Assembly: GCA_963796455.1 (NCBI GenBank)
Contig: CAWCLO010000004.1
Span: forward strand, 384,001 to 448,000
Direction: 5' to 3'
DNA: 64,000 bases
Source of the DNA: Candidatus Sulfomarinibacteraceae bacterium
Lineage (GTDB): Bacteria > Acidobacteriota > Thermoanaerobaculia > Thermoanaerobaculales > Sulfomarinibacteraceae
The notes under the pieces are model-generated. The model was not told where the DNA came from. It ran no database searches and saw only the letters and a list, made by a program, of their open reading frames with translations. Each line of letters begins with the position of its first letter. Within the stretch, counting starts at the first letter, position 1. This document shows, piece by piece, positions 1-10,567 of the stretch. Position numbers and translations under genes: made by a program.

Positions 1-1060
1 AGCCGAAATGGAGGCGCGGGAAAAAGGTCTCGGCATAGATCGGCTTGTCCTCGTGCTCCGGACCATTCTCACCGAGCAACGACGTGCCCTGGACTCCCGC
101 TTGCACCGGCAGACCGGCGGCAGCGACCAGAGTGGGATACACATCGATGAGCTGCACCGGTCGCGCGATGCTCTCGCCGGCTCGCTCGGAATGCGGCAGC
201 TTGATGATCAACGGTACCTGAAGGGTCGAACGATAAAGAAAGAGCCCGTGCTCCGATTCGCCATGGTCGCCGAGGCCTTCGCCGTGATCCGAAAGCAGGA
301 CAATCAACGATTGGTCGTAAATGCCGAGATCACGGATCTCGTCGAGGAGCCTCCCCATCACCGCGTCCGCGGCCGCCACCTCGCCGTCGTAGGCTGATTC
401 ATAACGCGCGGCGAACTCGGCCGGAGGAGCATAGGGCGTGTGGGGTTCAAAAATGTGGAAGAAAAAAAAGAACGGTTGTTTTGCAACTGATCGCAACCAG
501 GGCACCACGGCATCGAGGGTCTCACCGCCCGCTCGCTGCACCGACTGAATTCCGGAAGTTCCTGGTTTTGCGTTCAGATCGATGGCGTCCTCATAGAAAT
601 CGAAGCCGGAGTTGATCCCGGTCTCCCGGCGGAGGACAAAGGAAGACACACCAGCTCCGGTGGCGTAGCCCGCTTCCCGCAGGGTCTGCTGGAGCAGGGG
701 AGTCGCGGCAGCATCCAGGGTGTAGCCGAGGTTGTCACGCACACCGTGGGTGGGCGGCAACAACCCGGTCAGCAGCGAAACATGTGCTGGGAGGGTCAGC
801 GGGACGTGGGTATAGGCGCGCTCGAAAAGCATACCGTCCCGACGGAGCCCATCGATCGCTGGGGTCTCAACACCCTCATAGCCGTAGACCGGCAACCGGT
901 CCGAGCGCAGGGTGTCCACCGAAATGAGAATGATCGGAGCCCGGGCAGCTTTTGGAGCTTCGGTTTCGATCGTCCGTCCGCAACTGATTCCCACGGTTGC
1001 GACCACGAGCAGAGCGGCGATGGCCGGGCGATGGTTCGCAACGAAATTCACAGCTTCCAT
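1..1060 (-). CDS. Sulfatase-like hydrolase/transferase (alkaline phosphatase superfamily) lipoprotein, truncated by the left window edge
   Basis: Not in the ORF track because its stop lies outside the window. Manual translation from ATG 1060 gives MEAVNFVANHRPAIAALLVVATVGISC...PIILISVDTLRSDRLPVYGY...TPAIDGL...FERAYTHVPLTLPAHVSLLTG. This matches sulfatase N-terminal motifs, with a lipobox-like ISC. Confidence 0.88.
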   Translation of the reverse strand, partial: MEAVNFVANHRPAIAALLVVATVGISCGRTIETEAPKAARAPIILISVDTLRSDRLPVYGYEGVETPAIDGLRRDGMLFERAYTHVPLTLPAHVSLLTGLLPPTHGVRDNLGYTLDAAATPLLQQTLREAGYATGAGVSSFVLRRETGINSGFDFYEDAIDLNAKPGTSGIQSVQRAGGETLDAVVPWLRSVAKQPFFFFFHIFEPHTPYAPPAEFAARYESAYDGEVAAADAVMGRLLDEIRDLGIYDQSLIVLLSDHGEGLGDHGESEHGLFLYRSTLQVPLIIKLPHSERAGESIARPVQLIDVYPTLVAAAGLPVQAGVQGTSLLGENGPEHEDKPIYAETFFPRLHFG

Positions 1061-1090
1061 CCTAACGAATCCCGGAGATTTGTCCGAGGC

Positions 1091-1123
1091 AAAAAACGGC
1101 CCCGGTGCGGAAGCACCGGGGCC
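1091..1123 (-). terminator. Rho-independent terminator of the TonB-dependent receptor gene
   Basis: Perfect 11 bp stem GGCCCCGGTGC/GCACCGGGGCC followed by a T6 tract on the minus strand. Confidence 0.85.
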
Positions 1124-1145
1124 TGAATGGCGAATCAAAGACTCG

Positions 1146-4075
1146 TCAGAATCGAAGTCCGACCGAGAATCGGAACGTCCGTGGTGCCTGGTAGGAACCC
1201 TCGGCTTGTGCCTCGCCCCACTCGTCGCCCTTGCGCCAGTGGGTCCCTTCGACCGGTGTTTCGGTGAAGGGGTCGAAAGGCGTCAACGAGCCGTCGTTGC
1301 GAGCGGTGAACACGGTATGTGTTCGGAGTCGTAACGGCCTGTTCGTTGAAGACGTTGAGGACCTCGGGCTGCAGGAAGAGCTCGAGCTGACCACCCAACA
1401 TATTGATGAAGAACGAGTAGTTGAGCGAGAGGTCGGTTCGTGTGACATCTTCCGTCCGGAAAGCACCGCGCTTGGAGAAGAAGTAGTTTGGTGCCGCCGG
1501 GCTGTTGACGTAGCCAAAATCGGCCGGATCGCCGACGTAGTCGATCACATTGACCCTACCGATGGCGCTGTAAGGCGAACCGGAAAGGAAGCTCTGGAGC
1601 AGGCTGAAGGAAAGGTTGTGGTGCGTCGTCGCGATGGCGTCCCACACGACCCAGGCCCGGAACTTGTGGGTCTGGTCGACCCCGAGCAGGCCGTTCGGCA
1701 CATTCCATTCGGCCTCCTTATACTCCGTATATTCGAAAAAGGAGCCGGGTACCGGGCCGGAGTCAAAGGTTTCACCGTTGAGGTTGCCCTTGGCTTCCGA
1801 CCATGTGTAGTTGGCGCCGATGTTCCAGTGCGAGCCGATTCGATAGTCGAAGCGCCCCATGAGGGCGTTGTACTTGCGGTTGTAGATCGAATCGTCGTTG
1901 ATGTAGACGGCCTGGTCGAGCATCGCGCCGCCCGAACCGGGAACCTCAACAGAGTTGCCCGGCGTGATCACCGAAGCATAGAAGGAACCAAACTCGCGCT
2001 GGACATAGTCGGCACGGACAACACCACGTGTTCCAAGCCGGAACGCGGCCCCTACAGTGATTTCATCCGCATAGGGTGCTCGCAAATCGTCTCCGACTCT
2101 CGGGGTCAGCCCCGGGATCGAGATGTAGTAGGCCAGATCGAGGTTGTTGACGCCGCCATAGACGTTGAAGAACCAGTCGAACATGGCGTCCAAGGCATCG
2201 GAGTTGGTCGGGTACTCGGGCGTGCCCGCGACGTATGTGGGGCCGTCGTAGAGATACCAGTTGTAGACCGGGTTTCCTGCTGCCGAACCCGCCGTGCCCT
2301 GATTCTGGGTAATGGACGTCACATAACGGTTGAAGCCGGCCGTGACGACGATGCTGCCATCGCCCTTGACATCGTAGCTTCCCGAAACGCGCGGGCTGAT
2401 GCGGTAGTCATCGACGGTCTTCAACCCCGCCTGATCAGTGGCGTCATTTTTGTCATAACGCAGACCGAGATTGACGGTCAGCTTGTCGTTGATCCGCCAG
2501 GTATCATTGGCGTAGATCGAGGTGGTTTCCACGTGACTGCCGATCGATTCCTCGAGTACATCGCCCCAGATGATGTAGCCGCCGTATGTGTCGACCACAA
2601 CGAGGGGCTCGCCGGGCGTGCTGTAGTCGGTTTCGACGAAGGGCGCATAGGCATAGCCCGAGGCCATCTGGCGGTTATTCTCGGTGTTCTGGTCGTCAAA
2701 ATAATCGACACCGAAAACGAGATCGTGGGTGCCCGAACCGGAGAAGAAGTACGACGCTTTGGCATAGTAGTTCTCGTTGTCGCGTTCTGCCGGGGGTCCG
2801 GCACCATCAAACCAGGCGTCGTTGTAGGTGATGCTCTCGAGCAGATCCCAGATCGGTGATCCGCCGAGTTCGGTATTGACGCCGCCGGCTCCGATGAACG
2901 AGAGCTCCCGTTTGGAGTAGAGAGCTTCGAGGAAAAAGTTGTCGGACAGAACACCGGTGTAGGTCAGCGAAAGCCCCTTCTGGGGATCTTGGCGGCTCCC
3001 GACCAATCCGGCTTCGTCTGCTGCCGGACCGAAGTTGGTGGAATTGGTGTTCTCCTGGTCGATGTCCAGGTAGCTGAACATGATCCGGTGGTTGGGCGTG
3101 ATCGAACCCGTCAGCTTGCCTTCGAGGCGTGTCTGTGAGGATGAGGACGGGTAGGCGATGCCCGCATCCGGTTGGCCCGGGGTGATCAACTGGTCCGATG
3201 TCGAGTTGCTGAGGTCACGGCCTGCTCCGAAGAACCACAGGGCGTCCTTCAGGATGTATCCGCCGATGGTGGCCTCATAGACGTAAGTTGTTCTCATCCA
3301 CCTGGTCGGTGGTGAGTGGCGTCTCACCGTTCCAACTATCGTTGGTCACGTTGGCGCGGAAGGAGCCCGAGAACTCGTTACCGCCCGATTTTGTGACCGT
3401 ATTGACCACACCACCGGCAAAGCGGCCGTACTCGGCCGAGGCGCTCGATGTGATGGTGGTGGTTTCGAGGACGGCGTCTTCGATATACAGGTCCAGAGAT
3501 TGGCCACGGATGTTTTCATTCACCACCACACCGTTGATGGTGTAGAGGCTCTCCCACGACTGGGATCCCGAGATCGAAATATTGCCGCCGGGGCCCGAGG
3601 CGTTGGTTCCCGCCGAGAGCAGGACCGCAGAATCGACTGTCCGTGCTACCGGTAGTTTTTCGAGGACCGACTGTTCCAGCGTCGAAGAACCCTGGGCGCC
3701 GGTGCTGACGGTTTCGAAATTGCCGGTGACGACGATCTCGTCCTGCATCGCCTCCGGATACATGACCGCATCGAGCACTCTCGGCTGCGAGGTGGACATC
3801 CGAACGTCATATTCCAGGGTCGCAAAGGATGCGAGATTGAATTTGACGTTGTAGTCGCCGGCCGGGAGGCCCTTGAAGATGTAGTCTCCTTGGCCGTTGG
3901 TGATGGCGGTCTTCTGGCCCTGGAGCGCCGGTGACTCGAGCGACACCGTCACGCCGGGCATGGGTGCGTTTTCATATAACACACGGCCCTTGAGCTCGGA
4001 GCCCATTTGGGCCGAGGCCGTCCCCGCGAAGCCGAGCGCGAGAATGACCAGGCACACTGTCAATCGATACCTCAT
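1146..4075 (-). CDS. Oar-type TonB-dependent receptor with N-terminal carboxypeptidase-regulatory-like domain (~975 aa), interrupted by two +1 frameshifts (~3286 and ~1317)
   Basis: GGAGGT RBS precedes ATG 4075 and a signal peptide. Plug motif SAEYGRFAGGVVNTVTKSGGNEFSG, barrel motif YANDTWRINDKLTVNLGLRYD and C-terminal PRTFRFSVGLRF are spread over three ORFs (3275-4138, 1135-3327, 1146-1517). Confidence 0.9.
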
Positions 4076-4222
4076 CGCTACCTCCAAATCAGTCAGATGA
4101 GTCGTGAAACGGTGGGGTTGCTTTCTGCTCGAAAGCACGAACCGTCTCGGAATATGAATCCCCCCGATTTACGATCCTCCTTTCCCCAGAAACAAAATGA
4201 ATACTCATTCATCCTGTTCCGT

Positions 4223-4239
4223 CGCATAAATCATGCCTG
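4223..4239 (-). promoter_or_regulatory. Putative sigma-54 (-24/-12) promoter of the Oar-type receptor
   Basis: Minus strand reads CAGGCATGATTTATGCG, a GG-N10-GC pattern about 150 bp upstream of the start codon. Confidence 0.6.
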
Positions 4240-4344
4240 AATACGGGCAGTATCTCGATTTGTTTCAGAGAATTGTCAGAAGTCTGTACGGATTTCAGGA
4301 TGCGTGAACCAAAAAACCGGACACCGAAGAATGGTTCCTGATTT

Positions 4345-6111
4345 TTAGTGCGAGCCGCTCGTCCCGATCTTTTTCTCAACAGTCGCGAAGGAGGTCTGTC
4401 GCGTCACCGGGTCGAGAACTCCGATCACGACCTTGTGTTCGCCCTCATTGAGCAACAGCTGAAACTCCGCCACGTACCTCTCGGTGCGGCGCTCTTCGTA
4501 ATCATCGGAGGGAATCCGGATCATGAACTCCCGGCGCTGGATATCCGACTGATTGCCCTTCAAATCACGGTTGGCGAGGAAAAGCACGACCCGGCCCACC
4601 AGTTCGTCGCCTTCCGGCAGCATGGCGATCGACGAGATGGGAAGTTTGATTTCCAAGGGCAGGAACCAACGATCTTCGGCCGACGCGGGTTGTACGATCC
4701 CGGAGCTGAGAGTGATCCCCATCGGATTGTCATCGAGGGCCAGCATGAGTCCGCTGACAACGATGTCCTGGACCTGGGTCTCGAGAGATTTCTCGACCAT
4801 CGTCCGGCGGTAGACGAGGTCGTGCTCCGAGTGTCCGGGCAACTCGACCTCGATCCGGTGCACGGTGTCGGCCCCGCTCGAAGGCAGGGTGTATCCGAGT
4901 GAGTAGTAGGTGAAGAGGTCGTTTCTGAGGTCTTCGAGGAGACCGGTCACTTCATTGCTGCCGACGATTGCCCGCCCGCCGGTTTTTTCCGCGAGATAAT
5001 ACAGCGGTTCCTGATGATTCATTGTGTAGACCCCGGCATACATCGGGTCGACGGGTCGCGCGTATTCTGCCGATTGCGCGCCATCACCGGCGAGCCCGGT
5101 GGCGTCCATCATATAGAAGGTGACGCCCTGGGCGTTCGCGGTCGAGGCAAGGGATTCGTAAACGGCCCGGCGATTGAAACGGGAGAGCATGGGCAAGGCC
5201 GAGGTCTTCTGATAGATGTCGCCGTACCAGTCGATGAGATCTCGGGCTGGCACCGCCGGCAATCCGTTCGAGACATGGATCAGGGCTTTGCGCCCGGGCA
5301 GACCGGCCAGGGTGGTCATGACCTCGCGAATGGTGCTCATCGAGTAGTCGAGCTCCATCGAGAGCTCTTCTCCATAGGTGCGAATCCTTTCTTCGAGATC
5401 CAGAGCCTGTTGTGGGTTTGCGGCAGACGGGTTCTCCGCCGTTTTCTGCATTTCGTGGATGATGCGGCTGCGCTGCTGGTCGTCGTCGACCCTCGCACCA
5501 TAGGTCCTGTTCATCGATCGGAGTGCGTTCTGAACGGCTCGTGAATCGTTGGTGAAGGGTTGCACGATCTCTGCCGATCGTTGCGCGGACACCACCATGA
5601 CCTGGACGTGGGGCTGCATCAACTGATCGATGAAGCGTCGGGTCTGGCCGAGAACACGGTTGCGATCGTGGGGGCGAATATTCTCGTTGTCCACGTAGAT
5701 CACGACGTGCACGGGTTGAATTTTGTCGCGAGCGGATTCGCCCTGCAGTGGCGTCGCGTCAGCCGTCTGGGGCACCGGTGGAGCGGTCCCCGTTTGCTCT
5801 TCCGCCATGATGGTGGTGATGACTTCCTCGGTGTAGGCGGCGAAATGGGTCAACTCTCGTTCATGTCCATCCTGCCGGAGCCGAAAGTCCTCCTTTTTGA
5901 GCCCCGTCACGGACCGGTCCTGGCGATCGCGGACATAGACATCGACATTGACCACGGTGACCTTGACCTCGTCGACGAATGAAAGGCCACCGGTCACTTT
6001 CTCCGAGTCGACTTCCTGAACAAATGCGACTGTTCCGACGCAAAGGATGCATATCAGGATCAAAACCGAGCCTCGGATCGTTCCGCCTTGGGTTTTGTGT
6101 TGCGGCTTCAT
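4345..6111 (-). CDS. VWA domain-containing protein (acidobacterial VWFA-related family)
   Basis: VTVVNVDVYVRD...GLKKEDFRLRQDG, GLPGRKALIHVSNG, LAEKTGGRA and YYSLGY motifs. N-terminal hydrophobic segment. Start set at MKPQHK after GGGAGA. Confidence 0.88.
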   Translation of the reverse strand: MKPQHKTQGGTIRGSVLILICILCVGTVAFVQEVDSEKVTGGLSFVDEVKVTVVNVDVYVRDRQDRSVTGLKKEDFRLRQDGHERELTHFAAYTEEVITTIMAEEQTGTAPPVPQTADATPLQGESARDKIQPVHVVIYVDNENIRPHDRNRVLGQTRRFIDQLMQPHVQVMVVSAQRSAEIVQPFTNDSRAVQNALRSMNRTYGARVDDDQQRSRIIHEMQKTAENPSAANPQQALDLEERIRTYGEELSMELDYSMSTIREVMTTLAGLPGRKALIHVSNGLPAVPARDLIDWYGDIYQKTSALPMLSRFNRRAVYESLASTANAQGVTFYMMDATGLAGDGAQSAEYARPVDPMYAGVYTMNHQEPLYYLAEKTGGRAIVGSNEVTGLLEDLRNDLFTYYSLGYTLPSSGADTVHRIEVELPGHSEHDLVYRRTMVEKSLETQVQDIVVSGLMLALDDNPMGITLSSGIVQPASAEDRWFLPLEIKLPISSIAMLPEGDELVGRVVLFLANRDLKGNQSDIQRREFMIRIPSDDYEERRTERYVAEFQLLLNEGEHKVVIGVLDPVTRQTSFATVEKKIGTSGSH

Positions 6112-6152
6112 CTTTCTCCCGTGTTCTCGGATTGTTTGATTGGACGGAGGAA

Positions 6153-6767
6153 TCACTGCGCGCCCAGTTCGAAGGGAACCCTGGCCTCGGTCTCTTCGAA
6201 CTCGATGATGAATCTCCAGCTCCCGGGCTGCACGCCACCACGGATCGGAAAATAGAGAAACCCGGTGCAGACCTGGTTGTTGGTGACATTGATGGCCGTG
6301 TTCGCCGCGGCGCCGGAGCCGGGGAGCGGCATGAAGCTGATCGCACAGTTTCTGCGGCCGCCGCGGGTGAATTCCAGTGGTTGACTGGCCAGATCCGCGC
6401 GCCGTGAAACCGACTGCAAATCTCGATCCCATGAAGCGTTGAAATCTCTGTAGGAAGGAAGGGGAACCGTTCGTCCATCGGGGGTTCGGACGGATATCAG
6501 GCGGCGATCGACTTTGGTTGACGCACCGGTCATCCCGCTCAAGGCGACATTGAGAACCAGCCATTCTTCCGCAAGGTTGTTGCTGGCAAAACCCGACTCG
6601 ATCACGATCTCGATCGCCATATCGCGGTACCGGACCATGTTCGTGCCGGGGTGATCCAGCACAGGCCCCTTGACAGGGTTCGGCATCGCGGGTTTTGTTG
6701 ATCCGCAGGCTGCGGCGAGGACCGTGACCAGTGTGATGACGAGCAGGCTCCGCAGATGCAATCTCAT
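6153..6767 (-). CDS. Hypothetical lipoprotein
   Basis: Signal peptide with lipobox LAAAC; AGGGAG RBS. Confidence 0.75.
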   Translation of the reverse strand: MRLHLRSLLVITLVTVLAAACGSTKPAMPNPVKGPVLDHPGTNMVRYRDMAIEIVIESGFASNNLAEEWLVLNVALSGMTGASTKVDRRLISVRTPDGRTVPLPSYRDFNASWDRDLQSVSRRADLASQPLEFTRGGRRNCAISFMPLPGSGAAANTAINVTNNQVCTGFLYFPIRGGVQPGSWRFIIEFEETEARVPFELGAQ

Positions 6768-6858
6768 GATGGACTCCCTTGTCACCTCCATAGGATACGC
6801 CACCACGATTTTTTTGCTTTGCGGGGCGCGATAGACTGGGTGTACAAGGAGAAAATCG

Positions 6859-7212
6859 ATGAAGCCTTCCAAGATCGCGCTGCTGGTTTTTTTGCTACTC
6901 GCGGTGGCCGGAACGTCCGATGCGGCCGACAGCCGCTCCTATTCGAGGTCCATTGAAACTGTTTGGGACGAGGCGGTGAAGGCATCGCGGGACGCCGACC
7001 TTGAACTCGTCCAGTCCAAGCGGTCCGAGCACTGGTTCACCATGAAAACCCCCAAGAAGACCCTCTCCAAGAGCGTGAGCTTCGAGGTCCGGCTGACCCC
7101 GTCCGGGGACGGCACGGTGGTTACGGTCCGCGAGATTGACGCGCCGGGCACCAAAAAGAGCCTCAAGGCCATCGCCGCTTTCTTCGATGCGCTCGACCAG
7201 CGCATTCGTTAG
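6859..7212 (+). CDS. Small secreted hypothetical protein
   Basis: AAGGAG RBS, signal peptide, typical codon usage. Confidence 0.75.
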   Translation: MKPSKIALLVFLLLAVAGTSDAADSRSYSRSIETVWDEAVKASRDADLELVQSKRSEHWFTMKTPKKTLSKSVSFEVRLTPSGDGTVVTVREIDAPGTKKSLKAIAAFFDALDQRIR

Positions 7213-7256
7213 CCCCGGGTGTAGAATTCGACCCGAAGAGTCGATCGGGAGGATTC

Positions 7257-8078
7257 ATGAGATTGGCATGCCGGATCGGGTTGTTGATCGTCGTAGGGGT
7301 ATCGGCGATGTCATCTGCCGCGGACATTCAGGTTTTTTGCGAGCCTGATCTGGGGGTTTTTCTCGATGGCAAATTCGCCGGCGCCTCGAGTGCGAGGGAT
7401 GACGGTTTCGTTCTGATGAATGTCGGTCGGGGGCGGCACACCATACGAATCGAAAAGGACGGTTTTGTGGCTCAGTCCTTCGAGGTGGACGTTGCCAGGA
7501 TCCCCCTCGAGATTCAGGTCGAAGAGTTCACTCGCGAACCACTGCAGCCCACAGCAACTGAGACGGTTGAAAAGGAAGTGGAGCGGCTTGCCGGGAGCCT
7601 TCTGGTCACTTCGGTTCCGCAGAATTGCATTGTCGAGATCGACGGTGAGCCTGAAAACAAGAGCACTCCCCAGTTGTCCATCGGAGGGCTGGCGGCCGGT
7701 GAGCACCGAATCGTCTTCAGCAAGGCGGGGTATGAATCGATCACTGAGCTTGTGACGATCCAACCCGGTTCCGAGGTCCTGGTTCGGGGCAACCTCAAGG
7801 ATGGCAAGGTGGAGGTCGTTCACCAGGGCAAAGGCTCGCTCCGCGTGATGTCCACTCCAACGAGCTGCACGATTCGGTTTCGCGGCAAGATCCTGGACAA
7901 AACGGGCTCCAGGCTGAACCTGGGGCAGATTCCGGCCGGAGAGTATCCGATCACCGTGTCGATCAGCGGGCGTGAGATGTCGACCAGGGTTCTCATCCGG
8001 GATCAGACACGAACCGTTCTCGAAGTGAGCTTTGTCAAAGGACAGGAACCAATCTCCGTATCCTACGTACCCAAATAG
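7257..8078 (+). CDS. PEGA domain-containing secreted protein
   Basis: Three PEGA-like repeats (GSLLVTSVPQNCIVEIDG...GEHRIVFSKAGY); GGAGGA RBS. Confidence 0.85.
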   Translation: MRLACRIGLLIVVGVSAMSSAADIQVFCEPDLGVFLDGKFAGASSARDDGFVLMNVGRGRHTIRIEKDGFVAQSFEVDVARIPLEIQVEEFTREPLQPTATETVEKEVERLAGSLLVTSVPQNCIVEIDGEPENKSTPQLSIGGLAAGEHRIVFSKAGYESITELVTIQPGSEVLVRGNLKDGKVEVVHQGKGSLRVMSTPTSCTIRFRGKILDKTGSRLNLGQIPAGEYPITVSISGREMSTRVLIRDQTRTVLEVSFVKGQEPISVSYVPK

Positions 8079-8080
8079 CA

Positions 8081-9271
8081 ATGGATTTGGTCCTTCGCCA
8101 TATGGTATTGAGATTTCTCACCCTCGGTTTCGTAATAGTTCTTGCAGTTGGCGGAGCGATGGCCGGAGCGGCGACCGGCTCCCGGGATATCTCTGTCGAA
8201 GACCTCATTTCGGGGGAGATCCTCGGGGTGCCGCCAGGGTCGCTCCTCGAGATCGGGGACGGGGAGGTCCTCGCCGTCAGCGATGAGATGAGGACCTTTC
8301 TTGATGAAATGGTCGATCGTCGAGCGAGCGACTACATCAAGCTCCAGCAGTTGGTCTACGCGATCATCAACGAGGGGACCTTCGGTCTCGAGTATGACGA
8401 GAAGACCCGGACCGCTTCGGAGACATTCCGACAGCGCCAGGGAAACTGCCTGGCATTTTCAAATATGTTTGTTGCGATGGCGCGCGATGTGGGTCTCGAG
8501 GTGAAATTCCAGGAGGTCGATATCCCTCCGGACTGGTCCTACAAGAACGATTCTTTTGTGCTCAATCGTCACGTTAACGTGAGTGTTGATCTCGGCAAGG
8601 CCGGCTACCACGCGGTAGATTTCAATATCGACGATTTCCGGACGGGCTACGACCGTCGCACCGTTTCCGACAGACGCGCCTTTGCACACTACTTCAATAA
8701 TCTGGGCGTCGAACGACTGCAGGCCGGCGACTCGAGTGAAGCGTTCCTCTTTTTTCGCGAGGCGATCGAATACAGCGACCGCGGTTTCGCACCCGCGTGG
8801 ACCAATCTGGCGATTCTCTATTCGCGTGCTGGATACCCGAGCTATGCCGAAGTCGCCTATCTGCAAGCCTTGCGGGCGAATCCCGGCGATGACGTGGCGA
8901 TGAGCAACCTCGCGAACTTCTACGAAGACGGCAACGAAAAGGAAAGAGCCGCCGCCTATCGAAAAAAGGTGACCCGCCATCGCCGCCAGAATCCCTACTA
9001 CCGATATCAACTGGCCCGCGATGCTTTTTTCGCCCGCGACTATGAGACCGCCATCGGCCACCTGAAATTCGCGAACCGCAAGCGTGAGGACGAAGACCAG
9101 TTCATGTTTCTGTTGGGTATGAGCTACCTCATGTCCGGCAACGAGGAGGCCGCGAGAAGGTGGTTGACGCGGGCGGAGGAGGCTGCGGCCACCGATGCCC
9201 TGAAACGCAACTACTCCACCAAGATCGACATGTTGCTCTCCGAGTCGGAAAGGGCTGTGGAATCCGAGTAG
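8081..9271 (+). CDS. Transglutaminase-like domain plus TPR protein
   Basis: GNCLAFSNMFVAMARDVGL carries the catalytic Cys, followed by HVN and VDFN (His/Asp); C-terminal TPRs. Confidence 0.85.
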   Translation: MDLVLRHMVLRFLTLGFVIVLAVGGAMAGAATGSRDISVEDLISGEILGVPPGSLLEIGDGEVLAVSDEMRTFLDEMVDRRASDYIKLQQLVYAIINEGTFGLEYDEKTRTASETFRQRQGNCLAFSNMFVAMARDVGLEVKFQEVDIPPDWSYKNDSFVLNRHVNVSVDLGKAGYHAVDFNIDDFRTGYDRRTVSDRRAFAHYFNNLGVERLQAGDSSEAFLFFREAIEYSDRGFAPAWTNLAILYSRAGYPSYAEVAYLQALRANPGDDVAMSNLANFYEDGNEKERAAAYRKKVTRHRRQNPYYRYQLARDAFFARDYETAIGHLKFANRKREDEDQFMFLLGMSYLMSGNEEAARRWLTRAEEAAATDALKRNYSTKIDMLLSESERAVESE

Positions 9272-9272
9272 A

Positions 9273-10322
9273 TCAGCGGCAGCGGTTGACGATCTTTTTG
9301 TCGATTTTTTTTGGGTTGTCGATCACCACATAGAACTCTTCAATGTACTTCCAGGCCTTGACCCGCTCCTTTGGGTAGGGGAGTGCGTCGTCCATGAAAA
9401 GGGCCTCGATGTCGGAGCGACGTTGCCTGAAGACCTCGAGTGCTTCGGGTAGGAAATCGTTGAGTTCGCAGAATCCCCGATACACCCGATCGGTGACCTT
9501 CCTGGCGCCGAGGCTTTCGCTGGGTACCGCATAGGGTGGGTTGACTACCCCCGTCTGATCGAAATCGAAGGGGAGAACCCGGTAGGCCTCACCATCGTTG
9601 GCCCCGAAAATCGCGACGTTATGGCAGCATCGACCGCCTTTGCGCCCCCTGAGGGCCGACCAATCCGTGTTGCCGATCATGTACTCGAAAAGGGTCAAGA
9701 CCGTGAGGTTTTGCAGATCGAGATCATCCAGGTTCACCGATTCTCTTTCGAGCCACTCCAGGTTCCCGGCCGTCGCAGCACCGTCGATGTCCTCGACGAA
9801 AAAGGCGTACCCGCTCTCCTCTTTGCCGGGATTTTTTGTGTCGCGGAAACTGACGTTGACCAACTGCGCGCGGAGGGCGGGATCGGCCAGCAGAGGGTAG
9901 CTCATGTAAACGAGGTACTCGAGCATCGTGTATTTGTCGTAGTTTCCCCGCAGCTTGCATGGGGTGACCATTCGAAGCGTTTGATGGCCTTCGAATGGGG
10001 TGTTCTGTACATCGTCTCTCTCGACGGTGATCTTGAGCGATGCCAGGCTGCACTCGCGGAGCCTGCTGATGCCGTACTTGCTGCAACGCATGGGAATCTT
10101 TGTACCGTCGCTCAGTTCGATCTCACCGATCGTCTCGTCGGAGTCGCCGGGCTGCGCCATCAATTGTTTGATTGGAGCCTCGATTGTGAGGTCGAGAATC
10201 CCACCGCCGCTGAAGATCGGATCATCGGCACCTTGTCCTCGGCAGACGCTCGCACCGCCCCCAAGAACCAGCGCCATGACCAGCATGATCGCTTCGATTC
10301 GCCACGAGTTGTTGTCGGCCAT
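9273..10322 (-). CDS. Secreted CotH-kinase-like protein
   Basis: Signal peptide; SLKIT, EYLVY, FFVEDID, IGNTDWS...CCHN and PFDFD motifs in CotH-like order. Start is uncertain. Confidence 0.6.
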   Translation of the reverse strand: MADNNSWRIEAIMLVMALVLGGGASVCRGQGADDPIFSGGGILDLTIEAPIKQLMAQPGDSDETIGEIELSDGTKIPMRCSKYGISRLRECSLASLKITVERDDVQNTPFEGHQTLRMVTPCKLRGNYDKYTMLEYLVYMSYPLLADPALRAQLVNVSFRDTKNPGKEESGYAFFVEDIDGAATAGNLEWLERESVNLDDLDLQNLTVLTLFEYMIGNTDWSALRGRKGGRCCHNVAIFGANDGEAYRVLPFDFDQTGVVNPPYAVPSESLGARKVTDRVYRGFCELNDFLPEALEVFRQRRSDIEALFMDDALPYPKERVKAWKYIEEFYVVIDNPKKIDKKIVNRCR

Positions 10323-10567
10323 GAAAAGAGTATGGCGCAGAAAATCCAAAACCGAAAGGGCGGCCCGGCGTCGGGGCGCACGAAGATCGGCGGTCATCTC
10401 GGCGCGCGTGATTTCTACGAGTGGGAAGAAAAATCAAAACAACCGAGCTATACTGCCGCCGACAGCGGGATCGCCCGCTTAATTGAGAATGTCGTGCAGT
10501 GGTCGCTTCGGGGTTGCGGATCGCAGGTGTGCAACACCGCAGATCATTGATGGGGGAGGCCAGGAGG

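Noticed and set aside
4345..6564. 739 aa extended VWA ORF
   Set aside because: The extension overlaps the upstream lipoprotein gene, so the start was reassigned to 6111.
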